Positions 63,831-64,000 of a DNA stretch of 64,000 bases are shown piece by piece. Where the stretch lies: positions 1,008,624-1,072,623 of the forward strand of contig NMRA01000038.1 in the NCBI GenBank assembly GCA_002633005.1, written 5' to 3'. A program made the position numbers and the translations under genes. Below the pieces are notes generated by a model. That model was not told where the DNA came from. It searched no databases and saw only the letters and a list, made by a program, of their open reading frames with translations. Source of the stretch: Phoronis australis (taxonomy: Eukaryota > Animalia > Phoronida). Position 1 is the first letter of the stretch. Each line of letters begins with the position of its first letter.

Positions 63831-64000
63831 ACTTCTTTGGTCTCAGCTAACACTCTGTTGGTTTCTTGTCTTCCGACTTTTTGTACTTCTGTCAGTTCTG
63901 ACACTGGTACGAAATACCCGTAACTCGTTCACTTTCTCTTCTAAGCCATTCGTGACCGAGTTGTGCCTTTTTACGGGCTCTCTAGACTATTCCTTCATCC

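Overview
AT-rich animal genomic DNA with GT-AG introns, most likely from a marine invertebrate bilaterian (inference; the species cannot be named from the sequence). It is not prokaryotic, and most entries in the ORF track are noise. Three protein-coding genes were reconstructed by hand from splice sites and reading phase. (1) The last four coding exons of BLTP2/KIAA0100/hobbit (+, 352-6051). (2) A complete secreted matrix metalloproteinase (-, 39183 to ~28029; 11 coding exons, ~499 aa) with signal peptide, cysteine switch, HExxHxxGxxH motif, T/P hinge and 4-blade hemopexin domain. It has two paralogous, intact alternative last exons and a TATA/CCAAT/DR1/CRE promoter. (3) A two-exon Shaw(Kv3)-like K+ channel (+, 50687-58746, ~515 aa) with a degenerate voltage sensor and a PVP->PIA gate. 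The rest is intron or intergenic DNA filled with non-autonomous elements: Helentron-like HINEs carrying CTCF-like subrepeats, CWG-flanked Harbinger-like MITEs, TA-flanked Tc1/pogo-like MITEs, Kolobok-like elements, LINE ends, a tRNA-derived SINE, palindromes and minisatellites. There is no CRISPR array, rRNA or true tRNA. The best novelty candidates are the duplicated MMP terminal exons, the atypical Kv subunit, the perfect DR1 in the MMP promoter, and a possible spliced ~18-21 kb BLTP2 3' UTR region. I found no evidence of a wholly new multi-gene system.
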